Below are positions 46,864 through 60,960 of a stretch of DNA of 64,000 nt, one piece after another (within the stretch, counting starts at the first letter, position 1; every line of letters starts with the position of its first letter). The stretch is from contig CM119265.1 of NCBI GenBank assembly GCA_051294375.1, forward strand, positions 20,182,966 to 20,246,965, in the 5' to 3' direction. Source of the DNA: Paraspadella gotoi (Eukaryota; Animalia; Chaetognatha). The position numbers and the translations under genes were made by a program. The notes below the pieces were generated by a model that was given only the letters and a program-made list of their open reading frames with translations, was not told the DNA's origin and searched no databases.

Positions 46864-49800
46864 TCATCTGATGCACGGAGTAATGCCTATTGACGGAGAG
46901 TGCGTTACAAAAATACTCGAGGTACAATTTAGCGGATCGAAAAGAAATCGAAACAAAAACCTCCTTCTCTTGGGAATCGTGCTCTTCGATTCCGCGGGAC
47001 CCTGCCTCTGGAGAGCGATCATGGACTCCCTTCTCTCCTTTACGATCTTATCGTAAGGCACGGATTTTTTTCGATGCTGGATCAACTCCAACGTTTGTAC
47101 CAATAACGCAGGGGCCATGTCTATCGGACACGCCACGTCGGGGTTTCTTTGAGCAGAAAGTCATCGAGTAACGAAAACGAAACAAACAAACCAAGTTCAG
47201 AGACACCTTACCCGTATGCCCTCTTTTGTTTGTCTTTTCTTCTATTTTCGACTCCGTCCTCCTCATCCATCATCGCTTCAATCACCATTTGGTCCGATTC
47301 GTGAATTGGAGCTATGGATATGTCACGAACTGCTCGGAATTGACCTGTTAATGTTATATAAAGAACAATAATTAATGTTAAATTATAATTTTCATAATTG
47401 ATTAGTAGATATAAGATTTTACCGCAATTGTTCAAATGTTCGTTTTCTAAACGGAAGAAATTCCATACAAATCGTCTAAATATCTCGAGCAACGCCAAAA
47501 CGGACACAAGTATGTCTTTGTCCACCTGTAAAATATTCGCAAAACACTACTAAGTATAAGGCTCGATCTTGCTTAATCGACAGAATTAACCTGGGTCCAG
47601 TGGGTCCTAGCCCAAATTCAAGACTACAAATTTTCAGACTTAGACCTCCGACTTACTTATGACTACAGAGATAATAAATACTTGTATTTTGAAATATTTT
47701 CCGGGGACGCATCCTACCTGGCTTTTAAGGACTTTATCATGGGTGACCGAGACGGTGAAGGTCCAAGCGAACCTGAGGACGAAATCCTCAACAATGCCAA
47801 AATAGTAATAAAAGGACGAGGAATAAACTATCTCCTCCCGCAAAAATCGATTCTCATCCTCCGCGCCATTCGTCTCCATCAAACCCCAATCCATCCGCAG
47901 GTCCCACCAGAAAGTGTAGCAAGACGAGATCAGACACGAAAAGACCCACAAGATAAGCAGAATCGTGGTCGTGCGTGACTCTTGCTCTGAAATAGGTTAC
48001 TTTTTTCGTTATTTTTAAAAAAAAAAAGCTTGCAAGGAAAATCATTACATTAGGTAATAAGTACCATAGAAGTAGGAATACAGCGTGGAACACATGGCTA
48101 CCATAAAGGTAGTCGAATATTTTCCAGCATTAACGAGATGAGGAAACGCTTGACGAGTGTCGCGATATCGACGGAGACATTGAGCAAAACGAAACCAAGC
48201 TGAGATGAAATCGTTATATGATCAAGTTGCACTGAGATTCGTGAAATTCCAAAATTAAAATTGTTATTTGATTTCTGCACACCGGGCAAACAGGCGACGA
48301 TAAATCTGATGACATATGACGCGGGATGGGATAAACACACGGCGTCAGCCTTTTCGTTTGTATGAGGGTTCAGCGTCGGCGCCACCAGCGTCGTCCAGTT
48401 TGTGACGGTTGTAATTTCGGGAAGAGCCGTTGTTAAGTTGGTTATTGATTCACAGGCGTCTGTCGCAAAAAAAAACAAAAAAACATAAATAAATAGATTA
48501 AGCCAATATTCGTTAAAATTACTCTCAACTTACCGATTTTAGAAGGAATGTCCCAACTTGTAGGACAAACGAAGATGTAGAAGCACACTAAGTATTCGAA
48601 GTCTAGAAATAGCGCCGCCATGGAATTGAGTTGGTCCGCGAGCCAGAAATCGGCGAATGTTACGTAATGGAAAGGTGCCGTGAAAATTCGAAACTAGGTT
48701 AAGCCAGAAAAATACAATTTTCGATTTTCAAAAACAAAATTTAAGCGTTAAAAAAATTTACCAAAATTTTTATGGCCCAAAATCTGGCACGATGGTAGAA
48801 GATGGGAAAAGGGTTGAACAGGAAGGCCACCATGAAGACAATGATGGAAAGAGGATGTACGTATATAGGAATTTGAAGAGCAGAAAAGTGAGACACGATG
48901 AAGAGAAAAAATGATGAACACCAAACAACAGCGAGCTGGCTCGCTATCTAGAACGCGAAAAAAAAGAAACACCATTAATTTTATAAAAGTTTTTCTTTAA
49001 ATAAAATTTTGCACAATTATTATTACCTCCATATATTCTCTAGAGTCCAAATGATTTCTTGGATCTAGTTCAAAAATTAAAACGTGATTCACCCCGTGAT
49101 GACGCCATCCGTACGTATTTAGAGACAAAAAGACTATGTACATCACTACGAGAAGTGATCCCCTGATAATGCAGCAAAATGTACATTTGAAAGAAACGGG
49201 TTCCCATGGAAAGAGGAATTTTATTTCATTAACCTGTACATGTAGAGTGCTACTCTCCAATTCGTGCCAGCAATTTCTTTCGGATACCAGGTGAAGGGAT
49301 AGCCTTTGGAAGTATAGTAGCTTGCTATAAATATAGCAATGACTTCGGCGATCACGATTCCAGCGAATAAACCGACGCGAAATGTCGTCCAGATTGAGAT
49401 CTACGCGTGGGCACGGGTTAAAATTCACGACAATTCACGATTGGTTATTTATTGTAATTTTTATCTTTTAAAAGCGTATTTAAATTAATGAGTGAACTAA
49501 AAATTAAGGTGAAAATGCTAAATCCAATAGAGTCAAACTATCAAATCTGGCGAAATTTGAAATCTATTTTACTCTTTCAATCTAACAAGACGGATTTACC
49601 TGATTTTCGCCCAGAGGAGGAACCCTCAGTCGTTTCATTGCCCTTTGCCTGTCGCCTCCCTCCAGCTCTTCAATGTAGATGTTCTCTGTTTCCCTTATCA
49701 TGATGTCGATCTGTTTATTCGTGTAGAAGGCGGCTAAATCGACGTTGGCAGCTCTCCATTCTGCACCGACCTCCGTGCTCATCAGCTGAAAAAGAAATAG

Positions 49801-50845
49801 TAAACATTGTATATTACGTATAACAAACTATATATGTCTGTGTAGTTTTATTTACGTACCTTGTCGTGCTTTTTTAATATTTTCCTGAAACCCGTAAAAT
49901 TGAGTTGCTGATAGTTTTGTAGCAGGACGAGCGAGAGATAGAACTCAGAAAAGGCAAGTTTAAAATCGTTACGCTTCTTTCCGCTGATGGTGGCATCTTC
50001 AGAATTTCTCTTCGTACTCGTAGCTCCACCCCCGAGGTACTACAAAATATAAAATTGCTTGCTTGCTTGAAGAGCCAGTTAAAATACAGGTAATACCACT
50101 AGTAGGAAAGAAAAAAACATTAACCTTTCCGCCGACGCTTTTTCTTCTTCTTGGATCGAGTCGCTCTGAACCTTCGGCGAGGAAGGATTTCTTCCTTGGT
50201 TGGTTTGATTCGTTCGTCGGATGCTTTCTCACCATCTCCTTGTATGATTCCAGTTCCGATTTGAGTCCCGCCCATTTGCGCACAGCTTCTGCCAATTTTT
50301 CTGTTAAATCATAATAACAAACTAGGTATACCGCTTTCCTCTAGTAGAGGCTCTACAAAACAAAACTAAAATTTGTAATCATAAATACCTGAGAAAAATG
50401 TATTAATTTTAGTTAACTCTTTTTCACATTGAACTAGAAACTTCTCGTCAAATCTGGCGAAATATCTCCTAAGAGATTCCTCTCCCTCCACCTCAGCGGA
50501 AGGCGCTTGCTCTTGAGCCGTGTATAATAGGATTTTCAACTTCTACGTAATATGTAAAAAAAAGAAATCAAGTCGTCGTAAGCAAATATGAGTAACTGTC
50601 TCTAGATAATTTTTCATTGTAAACACACACGCTACTTCCCTCTCATATTATGATGAATATATCACTTGATAACACGAGAAAAAGTAGAATACAAAAATGT
50701 GGCATTTCTGACTTAATTATCTTAATAAGACCAGAACGACATTAGCTCTTCAATTTCCTAGGCAATTTTAATTTACCTCGTAATCGATGTATTGTGTCCG
50801 CCATTCTGGCGTAAGTAAAGTAGCAAGTGTCTCCCCAAACTTCAT
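46864..50845 (-). CDS. XPR1: SPX-EXS phosphate exporter XPR1, many short introns; 3' end uncertain
   Basis: MKFGETL...[11 protein letters not shown]; [34 protein letters not shown]; [20 protein letters not shown]; [12 protein letters not shown]; [27 protein letters not shown]. Confidence 0.96.
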
Positions 50846-51577
50846 GTTCTTTTGGTGGCACTGAGGTAATAACTATTAATGAAATGCCATAATTTTAAAA
50901 TTCTATGCAGCATCGGGAAACACAAACATGAAACAACAGCAGCAGCCGAAACAGTCTGCCGCGGCGGCATCGTCAGCAGCGACAGAACCAACAGCTGCTG
51001 CGGCTGAGTCACGCTGTTTTTATTTTCACTTTATTACTTCAATACAATAGTCAATTAAATATTTGAACATTATTTGTCATTTTTGTTTGACTAAGGTCAA
51101 TTGCTTCACTAGCATCCTTAAAATTCAATGCACTAATAATTAATTTTCAATTTTTGATATCGAATGATAGTTGCGGACTGGATTATTTTTGGATCGGGAT
51201 TTCTTACTTCCCCCTACTTTTAGTCTCTAACTGGCCTTTCATTGAATCGATATGTTCTTAAAACTTTAAATTGTACTCATTTGTCTATGGAGATTTTATT
51301 ATGGGCCTTATTACAAAATATATGTTATTTTAATGACCGAGTACAATTCGAGTCGGCAGAATATAATTGTATATTTAGTGAATTTATATTTACTTCACAT
51401 AAAACAATTTGTCGGAAAAAATTACCACGTTACAGTTAATATTGCTTTGTTTTGTTTACCTTCGCAGAATTTTGAAATAAACATTCCAGTGAATATCAAG
51501 TCGCAATATAAAACCTCAAGTTAAAACATATGAAACTTTTTGTGTAAAAATAATAGTTTTGTTATTTAAATTTAATC

Positions 51578-54130
51578 ATGAATGGCACAGACTTCATAGA
51601 TTACAAAAATTGTATTGACACAAACTACGAGTCGTTGGTGAAGAATTCTCGTCCGGTTACATTAACTGAAGAATCAATGTCAACGGAGGAAGATCGTCTG
51701 ACCCTAGAATCTTGCGTCGATGAATTGACTAACATCCTTGGACCTTCAGTGGAGCGGCGTCTCATGGTGGAGTCCCTGAGGAAGCATCGCCTCGACTTCG
51801 AACTCGCCCTCGACGAAATCTTGCGATGGCAAAGCACCAAAGGACGACCCGACGTTCAAAGCGAACCGTTGTCCAGGGGCAATCCCAGTTCCGAACATCT
51901 GAGCGACGACTCTGGCGGCCCCTCGTTCATGTTTGAGAGGCGCCCTCCTTATTACGACGAGGAAGACGTTGCCGATTATCTCGGGTTCGCACAAGTCGGC
52001 GGACGTCGGGACGAATCCCGTCAAACTCATGACGTTGTTGAGAAAACGCTGGAGAATTACTGCTCTTCGCGAACTTCCTCACCGGAAACTTGGGAAGATC
52101 ATTTTCAACGCTTGGAGTTGGAGGTTCCCGAGATCGAAGGAGGCTTCAACGATTTCCGACGCGAATGGACGAGGGTCCTCGGCGAGATTCTCGTCAAACC
52201 TCAGTCGAAATTCGACAAAAGGCGAGCTTCGCGCAGATTGAAGCAGAACGATGAGATCGCCAATGCGGGGCTGTCTTACCAAAGGCTTTCCCATCAAATA
52301 CGCTACGATAAAGTTAAAGCCAAGTTAAGAAAACCGAGGCATGACCTTTCCAGCGATGTTTTCACCCAAAAGCAAGAAACGTTAAAACCGCGAGGCGAAA
52401 TCGAATTAGCTGTCGTGGCCCCAAATGATGTCTTGCCAGAAAAATTGGTTTGCAAAACCAACTCTTCAACTTTAACGAATCAATTTAGTGCCTTTTCTGC
52501 TGAAGTAGCCAGCATGGAAGAATACATGACCACATTTTGGACGAAAGGTCTCCGGAATTTAAGAAGGAACCGAATACGAACGGATAAAAAAGTTCCGCAA
52601 CTGCACAAAATCAAGTGCAAGTCATCGAAAGTGGAAAACTCTTTGCTAACGTACTCGCGATTGAGTCATCTCTTACGTTTGTCGATCGGTAGGGAAAGTA
52701 GAGACGCTCCCCTACCTAGTAACGAGATCGAAACTTCATCCGACTCGCCAAGCATCCAAGTAAAACCTTCAACGACTATCGCCCGACCTCCCAAGCATGA
52801 CGATTGCGATCTGAGTTTCTTGAATGACGACTTAAAAAGCGTCACCGTTGCCTTAGCGCAGAAAAAACCAAAAAATGGTCCGAACTACTTCGCCCAAGGA
52901 GCCCGTCCCAAACTCTTCTCGCCGGCCGACACGGCCCAGCGATCTATCACCGCAACCCCGCCTTACGCTTCTCTTCAACCGAATGAACCTGTAAAGTGCC
53001 TTAAAGACAACAGATCCGTTGAAAATATCGTCCCCTTAAGCTCACCAACAATGGAGAAGCCAATGAAATCGCCCTCGCCTTCGCCCCTCTCACGTCTCGG
53101 AAGAGGGGTTTCGCTGCAGCAATTAGCACGTAACCATGAGATCGAACGGCAGACCCGGTCTCAATCTCCCAATCCTCGGCTTGGCGACGGTAATTACTTA
53201 GTACTTACGGTAGATTGACAAAATATTATAAGTTATTTATTGATCTTTCCCTGACGTTTTTTTTTGCCAGGAAACCCTACAAAAACATCGCGTCTTGGAT
53301 CTCCGCTGTCCGGTTTTCGTCAACTTTCGAAAGCGTCTTCGAATTGGGAATCCGCCACCTCCTCCAATTCCGCAAAATGTCCTCAGAAACCCTCTTTGTC
53401 TTCGCTGAGTTCTCTTGCCAAAGCGCATTCCGACGCCACTTCCGGGAGTCTCCTCCAGAGTCTTCAAACGTTAAATTTAGCTCACATAACCTCCGACTCG
53501 GACTCTCACTTGGGCACTGTCTTCAAGTTGCCGGGTTTCGAAACGGTCCTTGTTGACAAATCGGTTGACGAAAAGCGGGACGCGGTCTCGATGCTAGAAG
53601 TCGGTTCTGTGGCCGAGCGTGTTGAATCGTCGACTTCCGGTCGACGCTTTCTCTATCGGCACCAAAGAAACGAGAATAGAAAGAAGGGAAAACGCCCGAA
53701 GCGATTGAAGGGAACTCTGGTCTCTTTCGATTTCTCGATTGCGTCTCCCGACGATTTGGTACTAGAGAAACAGAAAATGGCGTTCGAACGATCCGAGCCC
53801 GCGATGTCGAGGTCGACTCCTTTGGATCGTAACAACTCTACAACGCCGCCTCGAACATCCTCGACGCCGACTAGTGGCGCCGTCAAGTCTGAATCGATTT
53901 TAGTTCCTACGGATAAGGCTAATAAAGGCTTGGAGTTGAAAGGCTCTGCTAAACAAGCCCGGATAATTGGGAAAGCCATTCTATTTGTGGGTAACTTTAT
54001 TATTCGACGTCCGCAACCAACCTTAGTTACCAACGGTCGGTGGTTTGTTAATCCATTATATTTTGTTTTCTCTCTAACGTCGAGTCTTAGTTTGCGCAAT
54101 AATAAATACTTTTTTAACCCGGTAATATAA
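51578..54130 (+). CDS. HBS1 N-terminal-domain protein with SKI7/HBS1LV3-like motif; intron 53190-53270; 3' end uncertain
   Basis: LESCVDELTNILGPSVERRLMVESLRKHRLDFELALDEIL resembles the HBS1L N-terminal helical domain; SFDFSIASPDDLVLEKQKMAF resembles HBS1LV3 PFDFKSASPDDIVKANQKKAF. Confidence 0.7.
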
Positions 54131-54360
54131 ATTTTTGTTAAATTCTATAAAGAAAACAAATTTTGGATATGGTTCGCTTCAAGTAAGCCTTCATCAGTAT
54201 CAAAAAAACGAATTGAGTTGTGAAAAAAATATTTTTACAGATTCTCTTCAAATTTATAAATTTGTATTTTGTATAATTCATTTTCTACCTCAAACAAATA
54301 ATGCAACGAAATGAAAGGAAAAATAATAGTTTTGTTATATTTTTTAAACGGTTAGCAATT

Positions 54361-54475
54361 AAGTTAAAGGAGGTTAAGGATTAGGGGTGGTTAGGGATAG
54401 TTAGTATTGGGGATTAGGGATAGTAAGGGTTGGGGATTAGGGGTAGTAAGGGTTAAGCCTTAACTTAAGGGAGGT
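54361..54475. repeat. Degenerate (TTAGGG)-like tract (copied at ~61197-61310)
   Basis: gttaaggattaggggtggttagggatagttag...gattagggatagtaaggg. Confidence 0.75.
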
Positions 54476-54504
54476 TGTGAAATGAAATTTATAATAAAAA
54501 GTTT

Positions 54505-54529
54505 NNNNNNNNNNNNNNNNNNNNNNNNN
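54505..54529. other. Assembly gap (25 N)
   Basis: Run of n characters. Confidence 1.
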
Positions 54530-57500
54530 CTACAGAGATAATAATTACTTGTATTTTGAAATATTTTCCGGGGACGCATCCTACCTGGCTTTTAAGGACT
54601 TTATCATGGGTGACCGAGACGGTGAAGGTCCAAGCGAACCTGAGGACGAAATCCTCAACAATGCCAAAATAGTAATAAAAGGACGAGGAATAAACTATCT
54701 CCTCCCGCAAAAATCGATTCTCATCCTCCGCGCCATTCGTCTCCATCAAACCCCAATCCATCCGCAGGTCCCACCAGAAAGTGTAGCAAGACGAGATCAG
54801 ACACGAAAAGACCCACAAGATAAGCAGAATCGTGGTCGTGCGTGACTCTTGCTCTGAAATAGGTTACTTTTTCGTTATTTTAAAAAAAAAAGCTTGCAAG
54901 GAAAATCATTACATTAGGTAATAAGTACCATAGAAGTAGGAATACAGCGTGGAACACATGGCTACCATAAAGGTAGTCGAATATTTTCCAGCATTAACGA
55001 GATGAGGAAACGCTTGACGAGTGTCGCGATATCGACGGAGACATTGAGCAAAACGAAACCAAGCTGTGATGAAATCGTTATATGATCAAGTTGCACTGAG
55101 ATTCGTGAAATTCCAAATTAAAATTGTTATTTGATTCTGCACACCGGGCAAACAGGCGACGATAAATCTGATGACATATGACGCGGGATGGGAATAAACA
55201 CACGGCGTCAGCCTTTTCGTTTGTATGAGGGTTCAGCGTCGGCGCCACCAGCGTCGTCCAGTTTGTGACGGTTGTAATTTCGGGAAGAGCCGTTGTTAAG
55301 TTGGTTATTGATTCACAGGCGTCTGTCGCAAAAAAAAACAAAAAAAACATAAATAAATAGATTAAGCCAATATTCGTTAAAATTACTCTCAACTTACCGA
55401 TTTTAGAAGGAATGTCCCAACTTGTAGGACAAACGAAGATGTAGAAGCACACTAAGTATTCGAAGTCTAGAAATAGCGCCGCCATGGAATTGAGTTGGTC
55501 CGCGAGCCAGAAATCGGCGAATGTTACGTAATGGAAAGGTGCCGTGAAAATTCGAAACTAGGTTAAGCCAGAAAAATACAATTTTCGTTTTTCAAAAACA
55601 AAATTTAAGCGTTAAAAAAATTTACCAAAATTTTTATGGCCCAAAATCTGGCACGATGGTAGAAGATGGGAAAAGGGTTGAACAGGAAGGCCACCATGAA
55701 GACAATGATGGAAAGAGGATGTACGTATATAGGAATTTGAAGAGCAGAAAAGTGAGACACGATGAAGAGAAAAAATGATGAACACCAAACAACAGCGAGC
55801 TGGCTCGCTATCTAGAACGCGAAAAAAAGAAACACCATTAATTTTATAAAAGTTTTTCTTTAAATAAAATTTTGCACAATTATTATTACCTCCATATATT
55901 CTCTAGAGTCCAAATGATTTCTTGGATCTAGTTCAAAAATTAAAACGTGATTCACCCCGTGATGACGCCCATCCGTACGTATTTAGAGACAAAAAGACTA
56001 TGTACATCACTACGAGAAGTGATCCCTGATAATGCAGCAAAATGTACATTTGAAAGAAACGGTTCCCATGGAAAGAGGAATTTTATTTCATTAACCTGTA
56101 CATGTAGAGTGCTACTCTCCAATTCGTGCCAGCAATTTCTTTCGGATACCAGGTGAAGGGATAGCCTTTGGAAGTATAGTAGCTTGCTATAAATATAGCA
56201 ATGACTTCGGCGATCACGATTCCAGCGAATAAACCGACGCGAAATGTCGTCCAGATTGAGATCTACGCGTGGGCACGGGTTAAAATTCACGACAATTCAC
56301 GATTGGTTATTTATTGTAATTTTTATCTTTTAAAAGCGTATTTAAATTAATGAGTGAACTAAAAATTAAGGTGAAAATGCTAAATCCAATAGAGTCAAAC
56401 TATCAAATCTGCGAAATTTGAAATCTATTTTACTCTTTCAATCTAACAAGACGGATTTACCTGATTTTCGCCCAGAGGAGGAACCCTCAGTCGTTTCATT
56501 GCCCTTTGCCTGTCGCCTCCCTCCAGCTCTTCAATGTAGATGTTCTCTGTTTCCCTTATCATGATGTCGATCTGTTTATTCGTGTAGAAGGCGGCTAAAT
56601 CGACGTTGGCAGCTCTCCATTCTGCACCGACCTCCGTGCTCATCAGCTGAAAAAGAAATAGTAAACATTGTATATTACGTATAACAAACTATATATGTCT
56701 GTGTAGTTTTATTTACGTACCTTGTCGTGCTTTTTTAATATTTTCCTGAAACCCGTAAAATTGAGTTGCTGATAGTTTTGTAGCAGGACGAGCGAGAGAT
56801 AGAACTCAGAAAAGGCAAGTTTAAATCGTTACGCTTCTTTCCGCTGATGGTGGCATCTTCATAATTTCTCTTCGTACTCGTAGCTCCACCCCCGAGGTAC
56901 TACAAAATATAAAATTGCTTGCTTGCTTGAAGAGCCAGTTAAAATACAGGTAATACCACTAGTAGGCAAGAAAAAAACATTAACCTTTCCGCCGACGCTT
57001 TTTCTTCTTCTTGGATCGAGTCGCTCTGAACCTTCGGCGAGGAAGGATTTCTTCCTTGGTTGGTTGATTCGTTCGTCGGATGCTTTCTCACCATCTCCTT
57101 GTATGATTCCAGTTCCGATTTGAGTCCCGCCCATTTGCGCACAGCTTCTGCCAATTTTTCTGTTAAATCATAATAACAAACTAGGTATACCGCTTTCCTC
57201 TACAAAACAAAACTAAAATTTGTAATCATAAATACCTGAGAAAAATGTATTAATTTTAGTTAACTCTTTTTCACATTGAACTAGAAACTTCTCGTCAAAT
57301 CTGGCGAAATATCTCCTAAGAGATTCCTCTCCCTCCACCTCAGCGGAAGGCGCTTGCTCTTGAGCCGTGTATAATAGGATTTTCAACTTCTACGTAATAT
57401 GTAAAAAAAAGAAATCAAGTCGTCGTAAGCAAATATGAGTAACTGTCTCTAGATAATTTTTCATTGTAAACACACACGCTACTTCCCTCTCATATTATGA

Positions 57501-57691
57501 TGAATATATCACTTGATAACACGAGAAAAAGTAGAATACAAAAATGTGGCATTTCTGACTTAATTATCTTAATAAGACAGAACGACATTAGCTCTTCAAT
57601 TTCCTAGGCAATTTTAATTTACCTCGTAATCGATGTATTGTGTCCGCCATTCTGGCGTAAGTAAAGTAGCAAGTGTCTCCCCAAACTTCAT
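54530..57691 (-). pseudogene. Partial, frameshifted duplicate of XPR1 (probably artefactual)
   Basis: Same exons as 47663-50845 with single-base indels; truncated at the N gap. Confidence 0.6.
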
Positions 57692-58422
57692 GTTCTTTTG
57701 GTGGCACTGAGGTAATAACTATTAATGAAATGCCATAATTTTAAAATTCTATGCAGCATCGGGAAACACAAACATGAAACAACAGCAGCAGCCGAAACAG
57801 TCTGCCGCGGCGGCATCGTCAGCAGCGACAGAACCAACAGCTGCTGCGGCTGAGTCACGCTGTTTTTATTTTCACTTTATTACTTCAATACAATAGTCAA
57901 TTAAATATTTGAACATTATTTGTCATTTTTGTTTGACTAAGGTCAATTGCTTCACTAGCATCCTTAAAATTCCAATGCACTAATAATTAATTTTCAATTT
58001 TTGATATCGAATGATAGTTGCGGACTGGATTATTTTTGGATCGGGATTTCTTACTTCCCCCTACTTTTAGTCTCTAACTGGCCTTCATTGAATCGATATG
58101 TTCTTAAAACTTTAAATTGTACTCATTTGTCTATGGAGATTTTATTATGGGCCTTATTACAAAATATATGTTATTTTAATGACCGAGTACAATTCGAGTC
58201 GGCAGAATATAATTGTATATTTAGTGAATTTATATTTACTTCACATAAAACAATTTGTCGGAAAAAATTACCACGTTACAGTTAATATTGCTTTGTTTTG
58301 TTTACCTTCGCAGAATTTTGAAATAAACATTCCAGTGAATATCAAGTCGCAATATAAAACCTCAAGTTAAAACATATGAAACTTTTTGTGTAAAATAATA
58401 GTTTTGTTATTTAAATTTAATC

Positions 58423-60960
58423 ATGAATGGCACAGACTTCATAGATTACAAAAATTGTATTGACACAAACTACGAGTCGTTGGTGAAGAATTCTCGTCCG
58501 GTTACATTAACTGAAGAATCAATGTCAACGGAGGAAGATCGTCTGACCCTAGAATCTTGCGTCGATGAATTGACTAACATCCTTGACCTTCAGTGGAGCG
58601 GCGTCTCATGGTGGAGTCCCTGAGGAAGCATCGCCTCGACTTCGAACTCGCCCTCGACGAAATCTTGCGATGGCAAAGCACCAAAGGACGACCCGACGTT
58701 CAAAGCGAACCGTTGTCCAGGGGCAATCCCAGTTCCGAACATCTGAGCGACGACTCTGGCGGCCCCTCGTTATGTTTGAGAGGCGCCCTCCTTATTACGA
58801 CGAGGAAGACGTTGCCGATTATCTCGGGTTCGACAAGTCGGCGGACGTCGGGACGAATCCCGTCCAACTCATGACGTTGTTGAGAAAACGCTGGAGAATT
58901 ACTGCTCTTCGCGAACTTCCTCACCGGAAACTTGGGAAGATCATTTTCAACGCTTGGAGTTGGAGGTTCCCGAGATCGAAGGAGGCTTCAACGATTTCCG
59001 ACGCGAATGGACGAGGGTCCTCGGCGAGATTCTCGTCAACCTCAGTCGAAATTCGACAAAAGGCGAGCTTCGCGCAGATTGAAGCAGAACGATGAGATCG
59101 CCAATGCGGGGCTGTCTTACCAAAGGCTTTCCCATCAAATACGCTACGATAAAGTTAAAGCCAAGTTAAGAAAACCGAGGCATGACCTTTCCAGCGATGT
59201 TTTCACAAAAGCAAGAAACGTTAAACCGCGAGGGCGAAATCGAATTAGCTGTCGTGGCCCCAAACTGATGTCTTGCCAGAAAAATTGGTTTGCAAACCAA
59301 CTCTTCAACTTTAACGAAATCAATTTAGTGCCTTTTCTGCTGAAGTAGCCAGCATGGAAGAATACATGACCACATTTTGGACGAAAGTCTCCGGAATTTA
59401 AGAAGGAACGAATACGAACGGATAAAAAAGTTCCGCAACTGCACAAAATCAAGTGCAAGTCATCGAAAGTGGAAAACTCTTTGCTAACGTACTCGCGATT
59501 GAGTCATCTCTTACGTTTGTCGATCGTAGGGAAAGTAGAGACGCTCCCCTACCTAGTAACGAGATCGAAACTTCATCCGACTCGCCAAGCATCCAAGTAA
59601 AACCTTCAACGACTATCGCCCGACCTCCTAAGCATGACGATTGCGATCTGAGTTTCTTGAATGACGACTTAAAAAGCGTCACCGTTGCCTTAGCGCAGAA
59701 AAAACCAAAAATGGTCCGAACTACTTCGCCCAAGGAGCCCGTCCAAACTCTTCTCGCCGGCCGACACGGCCCAGCGATCTATCACCGAACCCGCCTTACG
59801 CTTCTCTTCAACCGAATGAACCTGTAAAGTGCCTTAAAGACAACAGATCCGTTGAAAAGTATCGTCCCCTTAAGCTCACCAACAATGGAGAAGCCAATGA
59901 AATCGCCCTCGCCTTCGCCCCTCTCACGTCTCGGAGAGGGGTTTCGCTGCAGCAATTAGCACGTAACCATGAGATCGAACGGCAGACCCGGTCTCAATCT
60001 CCCAATCCTCGGCTTGGCGACGGTAATTACTTAGTACTTACGGTAGATTGACAAAATATTATAAGTTATTTATTGATCTTTCCCTGACGTTTTTTTTTGC
60101 CAGGAAACCCTACAAAAACATCGCGTCTTGGATCTCCGCTGTCCGGTTTTCGTCAACTTTCGAAAGCGTCTTCGAATTGGGAATCCGCCACCTCCTCCAA
60201 TTCCGCAAAATGTCCTCAGAAACCCTCTTTGTCTTCGCTGAGTTCTCTTGCCAAAGCGCATTCCGACGCCACTTCCGGGAGTCTCCTCCAGAGTCTTCAA
60301 ACGTTAAATTTAGCTCACATAACCTCCGACTCGGACTCTCACTTGGGCACTGTCTTCAAGTATGCCGGGTTTCGAAACGGTCCTTGTTGACAAATCGGTT
60401 GACGAAAAGCGGGACGCGGTCTCGATGCTAGAAGTCGGTTCTGTGGCGAGCGTGTTGAATCGTCGACTTCCGGTCGACGCTTTCTCTATCGCACCAAAGA
60501 AACGAGAATAGAAAGAGGGAAAACGCCCGAAAGCGATTGAGGGAACTCTGGTCTCTTTCGATTTCTCGATTGCGTCTCCCGACGATTTGGTACTAGAGAA
60601 ACAGAAAATGGCGTTCGAACGATCCGAGCCCGCGATGTCGAGGTCGACTCCTTTGGATCGTAACAACTCTACAACGCCGCCTCGAACATCCTCGACGCCG
60701 ACTAGTGGCGCCGTCAAGTCTGAATCGATTTTAGTTCCTACGGATAAGGCTAATAAAGGCTTGGAGTTGAAAGGCTCTGCTAAAACAAGCCCCGGATAAT
60801 TGGGAAAGCCATTCTATTTGTGGGTAACTTTATTATTCGACGTCCGCAACCAACCTTAGTTTACCAACGGTCGGTGGTTTTTAATCCATTATATTTTATT
60901 TTCCCTCTAACGTCGAGTCCTAGTTTCGCAATAATAAATACTTTTTTAACCGGGTAATAT
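58423..60960 (+). pseudogene. Frameshifted duplicate of the HBS1/SKI7-like gene (probably artefactual)
   Basis: The 546-aa and 288-aa ORFs are broken into many short ORFs by 1-bp indels. Confidence 0.6.

Noticed and set aside
54165-54203. Minus-strand CTGATGA-A-GGCTT...AAGC-GAAC, hammerhead-like (also ~61000-61032)
   Set aside because: Core reads GAAC rather than GAAA and no convincing stems I/III; at most a decayed remnant.
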